Below, piece after piece: positions 40,785-50,886 of a stretch of DNA of 64,000 bases. Location of the stretch: positions 64,001 to 128,000 of the forward strand of contig JBMNIH010000010.1 in assembly GCA_050950825.1 (NCBI GenBank). Direction: 5' to 3'. The translations under genes and the position numbers were made by a program. The stretch comes from Clostridia bacterium (lineage in GTDB: Bacteria; Bacillota; Clostridia; JAAYHZ01). The notes under the pieces were generated by a model. That model saw nothing but the letters and a program-made list of their open reading frames with translations, was not told where the DNA came from and made no database searches. Each line of letters starts with the position of its first letter. Position 1 is the stretch's first letter.

Positions 40785-41354
40785 TCAAGGCTTTCGAGAC
40801 CACAGCCCCTCGTTGGAAGTGGATATGGCTAAAGCTCCGTTTTCTAAAGCCGATTCCACGTCCGAAAGCGTCGATATCATCCCGCCTGCAATGACCGGAA
40901 TTTTCACCCTGTTGCAAAAATCCCGGGTGACTTGATGCATAATACCGGGCAAAATCTCCACTACGGTGGGTTTGGTGGATTCGATTACGGAGATGGCCGT
41001 GTCGACGGACAAGCTGTCTACCAAAAAGAAGCGTTGAATGCCGCAGTACCCTTTGGAAACGGCATATTTAATGGGCTGGCTACGGGTACTGATCATCCCG
41101 TCCACTTCATGCTTATTAAACAAATAGTCCACGGCGCTGTTGTTAGAGCCCAAGCCGTCAATAAAGTCAAAATGGACGGCACAAGCCTTTCCCTTTCTTT
41201 TTATAAGCTCAATATTCTCTTCCATTTTAAAAAGAGACGTCTTTAAAAGAAATATAACGACGGCGTCGGAGTTCAATGCATTATGCAGTTGTCGGTCGTC
41301 TCTTACCGCGGCTATGACCGGATTCTTTTTTAAATAATAAAGTAACTTGTCCAT
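40785..41354 (-). CDS. glpP: Glycerol-3-phosphate-responsive antiterminator family
   Basis: PVIAAVR, QRFFLVDS, EILPG, PVIAGG and AISTS motifs. Confidence 0.9.
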   Translation of the reverse strand: MDKLLYYLKKNPVIAAVRDDRQLHNALNSDAVVIFLLKTSLFKMEENIELIKRKGKACAVHFDFIDGLGSNNSAVDYLFNKHEVDGMISTRSQPIKYAVSKGYCGIQRFFLVDSLSVDTAISVIESTKPTVVEILPGIMHQVTRDFCNRVKIPVIAGGMISTLSDVESALENGALAISTSNEGLWSRKP

Positions 41355-41467
41355 ACAATAATTATATCACAACCGCTTCGGTAAAGAAAAAAGCTTTACG
41401 GATATTTACACCCAATAGGAAGGGTGTTAAAATATGAGAATGATTTATAGAAAAGGATATTGGGTAA

Positions 41468-42367
41468 ATGAAGCACATTTTTATCGTAAACCCGGTTGCA
41501 GGGAAAGGAAAAACATTAAGTGTAATCCCATCCATAAAAAAATATTTTGAAGATAACCCGGGAGATACATTTGAGATATATTTAACCGAAAGAAGGGCAC
41601 ATGCTACCGAGCTTGCAAAAAAGGCCGTTTCCGAGGGAACCGGCAGGATCTATTCCGTTGGAGGAGACGGAACCTTAAACGAGGTCTTAAACGGAATGAT
41701 TCATTCGAACTTCACTTTAGGCGTCCTTCCTATGGGCTCCGGCAACGACTTTATTCGAACCTTGTGTCCCGGCATTAACCCTCATGATTTGACCGTAGAA
41801 CAAGTAGTAGAAGGCTCCGAAAAAATCGTCGACTGCGCAAAAGCCAACGATACGTACTTCATTAACGTAGCTTCCGTCGGGTTTGATGCGGAGGTAGCGG
41901 AAAACATGAAGCTGTTCAAAAAAATTCCTCTTGTAAAAGGCGCCCTATCCTATATCCTCAGCATATTTTACACCTTGGTCAACTTAAAACCCTATACCGT
42001 CCGCTACGCCATGAACGATAAAACCGGTTCTTCCGATTACTTGCTGATTGCCGTATGCAACGGAAAATATTACGGCGGAGGCTTTATGCCCGCACCGAAT
42101 GCGGATTTGAACGACGGCTTGTTCGATATATGCCACGTTAAATCCGTAAAAAGAAGAGTCGTATTTCGATGCTTTCCCAAACTGAAAGACGGGACGCATG
42201 AAACCATGCGAGATATTGTTTCCATGCATAAATCCAATTTCATTCATTTACAATCGGATCAAGAAATGTGTCTTAATCTTGACGGAGAAATCTTCAAAGC
42301 CAAAGATATCCGTTTTGAAATTCTTCCTTCATCATTGAAAATTTTAGTTCCGAAAATATCCTCTTAG
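41468..42367 (+). CDS. Diacylglycerol kinase-family lipid kinase (YegS/BmrU-like)
   Basis: NPVAGKG, GGDGTLNEV, PMGSGNDF, YYGGGF and DGE motifs. Confidence 0.9.
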   Translation: MKHIFIVNPVAGKGKTLSVIPSIKKYFEDNPGDTFEIYLTERRAHATELAKKAVSEGTGRIYSVGGDGTLNEVLNGMIHSNFTLGVLPMGSGNDFIRTLCPGINPHDLTVEQVVEGSEKIVDCAKANDTYFINVASVGFDAEVAENMKLFKKIPLVKGALSYILSIFYTLVNLKPYTVRYAMNDKTGSSDYLLIAVCNGKYYGGGFMPAPNADLNDGLFDICHVKSVKRRVVFRCFPKLKDGTHETMRDIVSMHKSNFIHLQSDQEMCLNLDGEIFKAKDIRFEILPSSLKILVPKISS

Positions 42368-44136
42368 CTGCGGCTCAATTCCTCTATGATATAGGCAATC
42401 ATTTTCTTTACTTCTTCAATGGGAATGTAACCTTCGTCAACGTTACCCAAATCCAACCAAAATGGAGTCGGTACTTTTCGGTTAAATAACCGGGAACAGC
42501 ATTTTTCCCAATCGGAAGTCACCATGGCATAAGGCAAATACTCGAAAAACCGAGTAACAATGTCGGAATCCGGCCGTATGATGTTGTTAAAAACATTCAG
42601 CAAATGATTCTTAAAAGCGATCAAATGTTCAAGTTTCTCATTTCCCCGGGCGGTTCTTCCTATCGTTAAAACGGAGAAAAGGAAGATGAGGATTCCCGAT
42701 AGGACCATGGCAAAATATTCACCCGGATTCAGAATATCGCTGTAATACACCAGAAGGAAAAAGAAGGATGTAAGGCACAAGCTAACGCTTGCATAGAGCC
42801 AAAATACGGGGCTCGGAAGTCCTTTTCGGCCTGTTTTTGCTTGTTGAACGATGATGCTAATGGTTTGGGGAAGCATAAGAAACAGCAACGAACTGATTAA
42901 TGACAAAAGCAAGGAAAGACCGCTTCGGCCGGTATATATATAAAAGGTTTTAAAGGTAAAATAGATAAAGGGAACGCTCGAACTGCATCGGATCATCTCC
43001 TTTAATAGAGAGACCTTTCTTGAAAACAACATATTTTCCGGATGACGGTAGTATCGATGAACCCAATCGCCGATTTCGTTTTTTTTGGCTTTTAAAATAT
43101 CGCTTAACTCGCTTAAGCTAAGTCCTTCATTGTCCGAGAAAATCAAATTAAATATTTCTTTTTCATACGGCTTTGCGGTATGGTCCAAATTCTCTTTTTT
43201 TACAATATGAACGGATCCCGGCTTTTTGATGTTTTCCGGCACCAAAAAACCCACATGACCTGCATTCGCCCAATATATAATATTTGCAACAATATCTCTT
43301 TCTTTCGTTTGGCCGTCTTGTATATATGCCGCTTCGATAGGAGGTTCCGCCATAAGGGGCAAAGGATCGTCGCTGTATCGCTTAATTCTCTTGTTTCGGA
43401 ATATAAAGCAAACAACCAAACTGAAAACAATTAAAAACAGAATCGTTGCGTTTGCAATCCACGTTAAGGAAGTAAACACATTGTTCTTCGGTACGGAAAC
43501 GGAAAAGTAACCCTCCGGCAAAACCAAATAAACATTCAGCTTCTTTCCCTCTAACTCTTCATCCGTCACACGAATCGTTATTTGCTTGTTACGTATTTCA
43601 ACGGGGATAAATACTTGATCTTCGGGCTCTCCCACATTTACCGACAAAGAGGTTATATCAAATTCCTTTGGAAATATGATTTCGATTTTTGCTTGAAGAA
43701 TTCTTCCGTAGGATTCGTCCGGAAGAACGTTAAGGAAGAAAAAGTCTTTGGAAGGATCGCTATCCTCTCCTGCGAACAACGTATATTGGTAACTGTAGCT
43801 TCGATCTCCGGCAACCGCTATATCGCTTTCGCCTAACAAAATTGCGACGCTGTTCGATGTTTTTTTCATTTCGTATGCGGTACTTAAGCCCTCAAAAGAT
43901 CGAAGCGATATCTTTTGCCGGTACATCGTTAACGGAATCACGCGTTGGTATCTTTCGGAGGGTCCGAAAAAGCGTACATTCACTTTTTCAAAAATCTCAT
44001 ATGTATTGTCTTCCCGAACACGAATCGTGGCTTGAAAATCGGTAATTTCAAAGGAGCTTTGGGCATGTACGCTATTCCCGAGCACGATAGAAAACAAAAT
44101 TATGGCTGCTAGAATAACTTTCTTCACTTTCCCCAC
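42364..44136 (-). CDS. DUF2207-like membrane protein
   Basis: Signal peptide VHA-Q, beta-rich ectodomain ending LPEGYF, several TM helices, and LPYAMV motif. Confidence 0.7.
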   Translation of the reverse strand: MGKVKKVILAAIILFSIVLGNSVHAQSSFEITDFQATIRVREDNTYEIFEKVNVRFFGPSERYQRVIPLTMYRQKISLRSFEGLSTAYEMKKTSNSVAILLGESDIAVAGDRSYSYQYTLFAGEDSDPSKDFFFLNVLPDESYGRILQAKIEIIFPKEFDITSLSVNVGEPEDQVFIPVEIRNKQITIRVTDEELEGKKLNVYLVLPEGYFSVSVPKNNVFTSLTWIANATILFLIVFSLVVCFIFRNKRIKRYSDDPLPLMAEPPIEAAYIQDGQTKERDIVANIIYWANAGHVGFLVPENIKKPGSVHIVKKENLDHTAKPYEKEIFNLIFSDNEGLSLSELSDILKAKKNEIGDWVHRYYRHPENMLFSRKVSLLKEMIRCSSSVPFIYFTFKTFYIYTGRSGLSLLLSLISSLLFLMLPQTISIIVQQAKTGRKGLPSPVFWLYASVSLCLTSFFFLLVYYSDILNPGEYFAMVLSGILIFLFSVLTIGRTARGNEKLEHLIAFKNHLLNVFNNIIRPDSDIVTRFFEYLPYAMVTSDWEKCCSRLFNRKVPTPFWLDLGNVDEGYIPIEEVKKMIAYIIEELSRS

Positions 44137-44147
44137 CTGTTTTTCGG

Positions 44148-44624
44148 TTATTTGTGGTACGTCCTATTGCCTATAATGCTAAACGCTCTGTACAACTGCT
44201 CCAATAATATGATACGAGTCATATTATGGGTAAATGTCATGGAAGATAAGGACAACAGCAAATCCGCCCGATCTTTTACCTCTTGCGACAGCCCTAAAGA
44301 TCCGCCGATCACAATAGCCAATCGGGACCGTCCTGACACCATCAAGGACTTGACGGTATCGGCAAATGCCGTCGAATCCATGTCTTTTCCTTTGACGTCC
44401 AATACAATACAAAAGGAATCTTTATTTATCTTCGCAAGAAGGTTCTTTCCTTCCTTTTGAAGGACGTCTTCTTTTTCCTTTTCCGATGCATTGTGAGGGA
44501 TGGGCTCGTCGGGCACCTCCGTAATATCAATTTTGCACATGGAGAGCCTTTTTATATACTCTTTTTCCGCGGCTTTAAAATAGCTTTCCTTGAGTTTTCC
44601 CACACACAAAATATCAATTCGCAT
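44148..44624 (-). CDS. rlmH: 23S rRNA m3Psi1915 methyltransferase
   Basis: VGKLKE, IGGSLGL and EQLYRA motifs; C-terminus YHK. Confidence 0.95.
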   Translation of the reverse strand: MRIDILCVGKLKESYFKAAEKEYIKRLSMCKIDITEVPDEPIPHNASEKEKEDVLQKEGKNLLAKINKDSFCIVLDVKGKDMDSTAFADTVKSLMVSGRSRLAIVIGGSLGLSQEVKDRADLLLSLSSMTFTHNMTRIILLEQLYRAFSIIGNRTYHK

Positions 44625-44627
44625 TTT

Positions 44628-45419
44628 TTACAAGTCGTAAACGCATCCTACCGTATACCGATCCGCCACTTCTACCGTGACATCGATACCCGGTACAATT
44701 CCTTCCTTCTTCATTTCATTCGCAGTCGTTATATAGGCTAACTCTTTAAAATTATTCTTCTCGCTCAAATGTCCCAGTACAACGCGGGTTACTCCCGTCT
44801 TTACCATATATGCAGCCGTTTTTGCCGCCACTTCGTTGCATAAATGACCTTTATCTCCTAAGATTCTCTGCTTCAAGTAAGGAGGATATGATCCTATCAT
44901 CAACATATCCACGTCGTGGTTCGATTCAAGAAATAAAAGATCGCTCTTTTCAAAAACCTTTAATAAGGATTTAGTCATCTTGCCCAAATCGGTAGCAACG
45001 ACGACCTTTTTGTTGTCGGCCATCATGCAAAAACCCACGGGGTCATTAGCGTCATGAGGAATACTGTAGGGCAGGATCGTTAAATCGTCAATCTCGAAGG
45101 TTTTGTTCGCTTCAATACACACCCTGTTTTTATCGGATACGGCGCCTACGGAAGACATGCATCCTTGCCATGTTCCCCAAGTCGCATAAACAGGGATATC
45201 CAGCGTTCGCGAAAGTATGCCCACTCCTTTTACATGGTCGGCATGTTCGTGGGTAAGTAAAATTCCTTTGATTTCTTCCGGTCGTTGGTCGATTCGATTT
45301 AACGCGTTAAAAATCGCTTTTCTGCTCAGACCGGCATCGATTAATATTTTGGTTTTTTCCGTTCCGAAAAGCAAGCAATTTCCGCTGCTGCCGCTAAATA
45401 AACTGCAAAATTTGACCAC
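44628..45419 (-). CDS. walJ: Metallo-beta-lactamase-fold hydrolase YycJ/WalJ
   Basis: SGSSGN, THEHADH, ESNHD, GHL and HLSEKNN motifs. Confidence 0.88.
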   Translation of the reverse strand: MVKFCSLFSGSSGNCLLFGTEKTKILIDAGLSRKAIFNALNRIDQRPEEIKGILLTHEHADHVKGVGILSRTLDIPVYATWGTWQGCMSSVGAVSDKNRVCIEANKTFEIDDLTILPYSIPHDANDPVGFCMMADNKKVVVATDLGKMTKSLLKVFEKSDLLFLESNHDVDMLMIGSYPPYLKQRILGDKGHLCNEVAAKTAAYMVKTGVTRVVLGHLSEKNNFKELAYITTANEMKKEGIVPGIDVTVEVADRYTVGCVYDL

Positions 45420-45437
45420 ACATACTCCTTTTGACCG

Positions 45438-46697
45438 TTACTTGGATTCCCGAACGATGTCCGCCCCAAGCTTGTTTAGCTTGACTTCAATCTCCTCGTA
45501 TCCTCTGTCAATATATTCCACGTTTTGTACTCTCGTCTGCCCGCTAGCAACAAGACCCGCAATAATCAAAGCCGCTCCCGCTCGAAGGTCCGTAGCCTTT
45601 ACCGTTGCACCGGACAATTTGCCTACTCCTTTGATGTAAGCCACGTTATTGTCCACGCGGATTTTCGCTTTCATTTTTTTCAGCTGGTCCGTATATTGCA
45701 ACCGGTTTTCAAAGATGGTTTCCGTGATTTTACCTTCCCCTTTGGCCAAACACATCAAGGTACCCATTTGGGGCTGCAAATCCGTAGGAAATCCGGGATA
45801 AGGCAGCGTTATGATATCCGTTGCCAAAAGCTCCTTGTTGCGAACTACACGAATCCAGTCGTCTTCCTGCTCGATATCCACGTTCATTTCGATGAGCTTT
45901 GCACACAAAGGGTCCATATGCTCGGGAATAATGTTCTTTACATAAACATCGCCGCCCGTAGCCGCAGCGGCAATCATAAAGGTTCCCGCTTCAATTTGGT
46001 CGGGTATGATGGAATAGGATTTTCCGCCGGTCAGCTCTTTGACTCCGGTTATACGAATCCTGTTGGTCCCCGCCCCTTTTATATTCGCACCCATCATATT
46101 TAAAAAGTTCGCAACGTCGACTATATGGGGTTCTCTCGCGGCATTTTCCAGAATCGTAACTCCGTCGGCTAAAACTGCAGCCATCATAAGATTGATGGTA
46201 GCGCCTACCGTCACAACGTCCATGTAGATTTGTGTTCCGGTTAATTTATCGGCCGTAAGGACCATTCGGTCCGACCCCATATGCACTTTGGCCCCTAAGG
46301 CTTCAAAACCCTTAATATGCTGGTCGATGGGTCTTGCACCGATATTGCATCCTCCGGGCAGCGGAATTTCTACCTTTTTGGTTTTACATATCAATGCGCC
46401 TAACAAATAATAGGAAGAACGAATATTGCCAAGCTCGCTGAACATGGCATATCCGCTGGTTACACTTGCACTGTTGATATTATAAGTTCTTTTATCTATT
46501 TGCTCTACAATGGCTCCGATTTTCTCAGCAACGTTTAAAATAACTTTAACATCTGCAATATCGGGCACATTTTCTATTCGGCAAGGGCCATTAACAAGCA
46601 AAACAGCCGATAAAATCCCCAATGCTGCATTTTTCGCTCCGCTAATTTCTACTTCTCCGGAAAGCCGATTCCCCCCGTTTATGATAAACTGACTCAA
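45438..46697 (-). CDS. murA: UDP-GlcNAc 1-carboxyvinyltransferase
   Basis: GAKNAAL, LPGGCNIGARPID (active-site Cys), PGFPTD and DLRAGA motifs. Start about 46697-46700, after GAGGAG. Confidence 0.95.
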   Translation of the reverse strand: MSQFIINGGNRLSGEVEISGAKNAALGILSAVLLVNGPCRIENVPDIADVKVILNVAEKIGAIVEQIDKRTYNINSASVTSGYAMFSELGNIRSSYYLLGALICKTKKVEIPLPGGCNIGARPIDQHIKGFEALGAKVHMGSDRMVLTADKLTGTQIYMDVVTVGATINLMMAAVLADGVTILENAAREPHIVDVANFLNMMGANIKGAGTNRIRITGVKELTGGKSYSIIPDQIEAGTFMIAAAATGGDVYVKNIIPEHMDPLCAKLIEMNVDIEQEDDWIRVVRNKELLATDIITLPYPGFPTDLQPQMGTLMCLAKGEGKITETIFENRLQYTDQLKKMKAKIRVDNNVAYIKGVGKLSGATVKATDLRAGAALIIAGLVASGQTRVQNVEYIDRGYEEIEVKLNKLGADIVRESK

Positions 46698-46809
46698 CAC
46701 TATGCTCCTCAAATCGATGAAATGTCATGAAATTATTATATCATCTTGCAGGTAAAAAACAAGTACAAGCAATTGTTAATATATTGCCCCGGAAAGAAGG
46801 GAATATGCG

Positions 46810-47658
46810 TCATTTCACTTCTTGACCGTTCATCAAACTGACGTAAATTTCATGGCCTTTTTCCGTGACAATTTTCCAACACAGCCCTGCTTGCTCCTCC
46901 GACAAAGCCGGATCCCAGAACGTATTCTTTTTGATGCCTTCTTCAATAAGAATCACTTTCGAATCGATGGTTTCTTCGGTAAAAAATTTCATAAGCACCT
47001 GATGAGGCTTTAAAAGGCTGCTTTGGTCGCTGATTTCGATCCCGTTAATTTGACTAAAGGCGGTTTCGATGAGAATAAAGCCGGTTTCATTGATAATGGC
47101 TCTTACAAAATTATCGTACAGAACGGAGCCTACGTACTTTTGATAAATCAAAATGGTTGCCGTTTTTTCCTTCTCGTTTACTTTATAATCATACACAATA
47201 TGATCGCTCCACTCCACGCCGATGGATTCCAAGTAGTCCAGTACGTATTTTTTTACGGCAGACTTTTGATGAATATCCAAAACTTGCTCCGTTTTCTTGG
47301 AGGAGTCGGTAAAATAAAAGTGACTAAACCCGGGATTGATAAACACCACTTTTTTTTCATTGTTTTCGAATTGGGTTTGGGTAGGCTCAAAAGGTCCTTC
47401 CAAATCCAATAAAACGGATAAAACTCTTTCCTTATCAAACCCCGCTTGCCCAAAATGAACGATTTTGGTGGATCCGCTGATATCAGGCACTTCGCACGTA
47501 ATGGTTATACCCCTCTCCTCCAAAACCGTAAACACATACTCGTTGATTTTGGCATCGGTCTCCCTTTTTGCTCCGGACTCTTGCATGGAGATAAACAAAA
47601 AGCCGTTTAGCAGTACAAGAATGATAATCAAAATGTTTTTTACCTTATCCCAGTTCAT
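46810..47658 (-). CDS. YycI (WalI)-like regulatory protein
   Basis: N-terminal anchor MNWDKVKNILIIILVLLNGFL; position in the wal operon. Confidence 0.7.
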   Translation of the reverse strand: MNWDKVKNILIIILVLLNGFLFISMQESGAKRETDAKINEYVFTVLEERGITITCEVPDISGSTKIVHFGQAGFDKERVLSVLLDLEGPFEPTQTQFENNEKKVVFINPGFSHFYFTDSSKKTEQVLDIHQKSAVKKYVLDYLESIGVEWSDHIVYDYKVNEKEKTATILIYQKYVGSVLYDNFVRAIINETGFILIETAFSQINGIEISDQSSLLKPHQVLMKFFTEETIDSKVILIEEGIKKNTFWDPALSEEQAGLCWKIVTEKGHEIYVSLMNGQEVK

Positions 47659-49088
47659 GGCACCTCATTCCTTTTTGCAAAATTCAAAAAAGATAAAGGC
47701 AGAGGGATACCCTTCAATCCTTTTTCCATTTCGATCAGCATTCCCGCCATAAGCGTCGACGAACCGGACCATGCATTTAAAATATATCCGTTATAAATGT
47801 TTTTGATATAGTGGTCCTCCAAATGCAGTCCCATATCCGTAATCAATTGAACCGTATTGTTTTCATAGTAGCCATAGGTTTCTTTATCCGTGAATATGGC
47901 TCTTAGAATGCCATTCATCTTCAAAACACGGTCTTGACCGGCTTGGATAACAAAAGCGTGCTCCATGGTTTCGGAAGAAGGATTGTCGTAAATATAAACA
48001 AGCTTTCCCTCCACCAAGTAGTCAAAGCTGAAGATATAATAGCGAGGATTGGAATAGTCGATATCGGTTAAAACAAGGGTAGCGGAGGATTTTTCGTCCA
48101 TTAAACCCAAAACCCTTTCCAGCATGGTCAAGGCCTTGCCGTAGGCCATATCCACGCTGCCTTTTTCGGCAGAGCTTTGCTTTCCGAAATAGTCATAAGA
48201 AATCCTTCCGTCGTGAGACAGGGCGTATTGGTTTTCCGTATTGGAAAAGAAAACCGTATGGTTGGCACTGATGGATGCCATAAAACGGTCTTGCATAGCC
48301 CCCAGCAATCTGCTTTTTATTTCCCCTAACTCGTAGGTATCTTCCAAAGACATAATATCGCTGATAACGGTCGGTGTAACGCTGATGGCCAATTGGTATC
48401 GGAGGGGTAGCCCCGCAAACAATTTCACGTCATTCTCCCCGTTTATTTGATAAGCCGACTCCTCAAAACCCAACAGCTTATACGTATTCTCATCGAAAAG
48501 GTCCGTATATTGTATGAAATTAAATATCCCGTCATAATCGATACTGTTAATCAAAAAATCCTTTGACGCGTCGTATTTCAATTGGAAATAGCTGCTGCCG
48601 TCGAAGATATAAAAGTCGACGCCTGCGCTTGTAGGACGAACCAGTAATTGGCGAATTTTGTCAATCTCAATGCTTTCTTCGTAATTTACCGCACCGGGGC
48701 TGACAAAGGATAAGGGAATCGTACAAAAATATTGAAACATAATGTATTTATCCGTTAACAGCTTTTCCCACGTTTTGGGATGGATAAGAATCAATTCCGA
48801 TACGGGGATTTGTTTTAAAACCTCCGTGGCGATCAATTGGAGTTGGTAATACTCATCGGTCCTTCGGGGCATGTCCCAGAAATTATTCTTTCCGTCGGAA
48901 ATCCGAATACTTTCTAAGGAAATATAATCATAGGAAAAAGGTACTCTCGGAGCAAGGGGCTTGCTCTTACCTCCGAATAAATTTGAAAATCCCGTGAAAT
49001 TATCGCTGATAATAATGCTGAATTGCAAAAAAGCGAGCATAACCAAAAGAACGATACTGATGCTCTTTATAGCGCTTACGGTTTTCAT
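47655..49088 (-). CDS. YycH (WalH)-like protein
   Basis: N-terminal TM (IKSISIVLLVML) with a large extracellular part; lies between walK and the yycI-like gene. Confidence 0.55.
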   Translation of the reverse strand: MKTVSAIKSISIVLLVMLAFLQFSIIISDNFTGFSNLFGGKSKPLAPRVPFSYDYISLESIRISDGKNNFWDMPRRTDEYYQLQLIATEVLKQIPVSELILIHPKTWEKLLTDKYIMFQYFCTIPLSFVSPGAVNYEESIEIDKIRQLLVRPTSAGVDFYIFDGSSYFQLKYDASKDFLINSIDYDGIFNFIQYTDLFDENTYKLLGFEESAYQINGENDVKLFAGLPLRYQLAISVTPTVISDIMSLEDTYELGEIKSRLLGAMQDRFMASISANHTVFFSNTENQYALSHDGRISYDYFGKQSSAEKGSVDMAYGKALTMLERVLGLMDEKSSATLVLTDIDYSNPRYYIFSFDYLVEGKLVYIYDNPSSETMEHAFVIQAGQDRVLKMNGILRAIFTDKETYGYYENNTVQLITDMGLHLEDHYIKNIYNGYILNAWSGSSTLMAGMLIEMEKGLKGIPLPLSFLNFAKRNEVP

Positions 49089-50869
49089 TCTTTTTCACCC
49101 TCGCTTCTTTCAATTGGCAGTATAATCCTGACTTCCGTTCCCTTGTTTACAACGGAAGAAATATCGATCTTACCTCCGTGGGCATCGACGATTTCCTTCG
49201 CGATGGACAAGCCTAAGCCCGACCCTCCTAAGTCTCTTGACCTTGCTTTATCTACACGATGGAAACGGTCAAAAACCCTCGGCAAATCCTTTTTCGGAAT
49301 ACCGATTCCGTTGTCAATTACTTTAATCATGACGTCATTTTCCAAAGCACGAGTAATAACCTTCACATACCCGCCCGAAGGTGTATACTTGACCGCATTG
49401 CCGATAATGTTGACAAGTACCTGCTCCAAGCGGAAAGGATCTCCTTCGATAAAGGGCAGATCGGGAGAGGAATCCGCTTCAATGGTTAGTCCTTTTTTAA
49501 TCGCTTCCTGCCTGAGATGTTCGACACAGTCATTAATCAATTTAATTAAATTGACTTTTGCATAATCCAGCGTAAGCTTTTTATAATCAAACCGCGAGAG
49601 AAGCAGCAAATCCTTTACCATCCGTGTCATTCGGTCGGCTTCATTATCTATTACACGCAAATATTTCTCCGTCAAAGCGGGGTCATCTACCCCGGCCAAT
49701 AAGGTCTCCGTATACATTTTGACCGACGACAAGGGTGTTTTCAACTCATGGGACACATTCGCCACAAACTCTTTTCGCATTTCGTCCAGCATGGTTTGCT
49801 TCGTTAAGTCGACCAACACAACGATAATTCCTTCCGGGTTCTTGTATTCGTTCTTGAATACGACAAAGTTAAGACGGTAGGTTTTATCGTCGATATGGAC
49901 ATTTTTCTCGTAATTCGTTACGGTTTCGTTCAAAATATCTTCCGGCTTTATGGAAATTTCCAAAAAATCGATTAACGCCTTTAAATTGCAGCAATATTTC
50001 TCGTCGCAAATGATTTCCCTTGCGGCAGGATTGACGTGCATTATTTGGCCTTCCATATCAAAAGCCAAAACGCCTTCGGACATGAAGTTCAAAATGGTTT
50101 CCACCTTATTCTTTTCACGTGCAATGGTATCCAATTTTTCCTTCAAAGACGCCGACATGTCATTGAATACATGGGTTAACCGGCCGATTTCGTCGTTAGA
50201 TGCCACGGGAAGCTGCCTTCCGAAGTTTCCGTAGGCGATGCTCTCGGCTTTTCTCATGATGCTGTTGATGGGACGGGTGATGTATTTGGCCAGTAAAAAG
50301 CCCAATAACAAGGAAACCGCCAAAGAAACGACCAATGTCGATACCAAAATGCCGGTCAAATCGTTGATCATCAGCTTCCATTCGTCTTTGTAATATCGAA
50401 AATAATAGACGACACCTCTTCGGTTTATGGCATAATCATAAAATTCTCGATTATTGTCCGATCCGGTCAGCTTTTTATTTCCATTTTCACCGGCCATGGC
50501 GGCCATAAAGTTATCGGATAAAAACAGACTGTTTATAAATTCCGTTTCGTCTATCTGTAAAAAATGAGGGTCATTCGAGCGAACCCGGTTCGTTTTCACG
50601 TCGACAAGGGTAAAGCTTTTGTTCTCGTTATACAGCCGTAAAGCATGAATATAAGTATCGTTAAAGCGGTCGTAAAGCTCGTCCAATGTTATGGAGTCGC
50701 TTAGATTAACCAAATGCTCCGAAAAGCCTTCTTCGATGTCCTCCACAAATTGCGTATAGTAAAAGTCGTCGATTCTGTTGTTAAGAATGACGCCAATGGT
50801 CAAAATAATACAAATGGCGATAATGAAGATAAATACAACCAATCGCCATTGTATACTGTGAAATGCCAT
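49085..50869 (-). CDS. walK: WalK-like sensor histidine kinase (2 TM, HAMP, PAS, HisKA, HATPase)
   Basis: FVANVSHELKTPL, NAVKYT and RVDKARSRDLGGSGLGL motifs; synteny with yycHIJ. Confidence 0.82.
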   Translation of the reverse strand: MAFHSIQWRLVVFIFIIAICIILTIGVILNNRIDDFYYTQFVEDIEEGFSEHLVNLSDSITLDELYDRFNDTYIHALRLYNENKSFTLVDVKTNRVRSNDPHFLQIDETEFINSLFLSDNFMAAMAGENGNKKLTGSDNNREFYDYAINRRGVVYYFRYYKDEWKLMINDLTGILVSTLVVSLAVSLLLGFLLAKYITRPINSIMRKAESIAYGNFGRQLPVASNDEIGRLTHVFNDMSASLKEKLDTIAREKNKVETILNFMSEGVLAFDMEGQIMHVNPAAREIICDEKYCCNLKALIDFLEISIKPEDILNETVTNYEKNVHIDDKTYRLNFVVFKNEYKNPEGIIVVLVDLTKQTMLDEMRKEFVANVSHELKTPLSSVKMYTETLLAGVDDPALTEKYLRVIDNEADRMTRMVKDLLLLSRFDYKKLTLDYAKVNLIKLINDCVEHLRQEAIKKGLTIEADSSPDLPFIEGDPFRLEQVLVNIIGNAVKYTPSGGYVKVITRALENDVMIKVIDNGIGIPKKDLPRVFDRFHRVDKARSRDLGGSGLGLSIAKEIVDAHGGKIDISSVVNKGTEVRIILPIERSEGEKE

Positions 50870-50886
50870 ATAATTTCCCCTGCAGT

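Noticed and set aside
44130-44170. 3' end of rlmH as an occupied integration site (SCC-type hotspot)
   Set aside because: The next gene follows after 11 nt, with no recombinase gene or duplicated att repeat visible.
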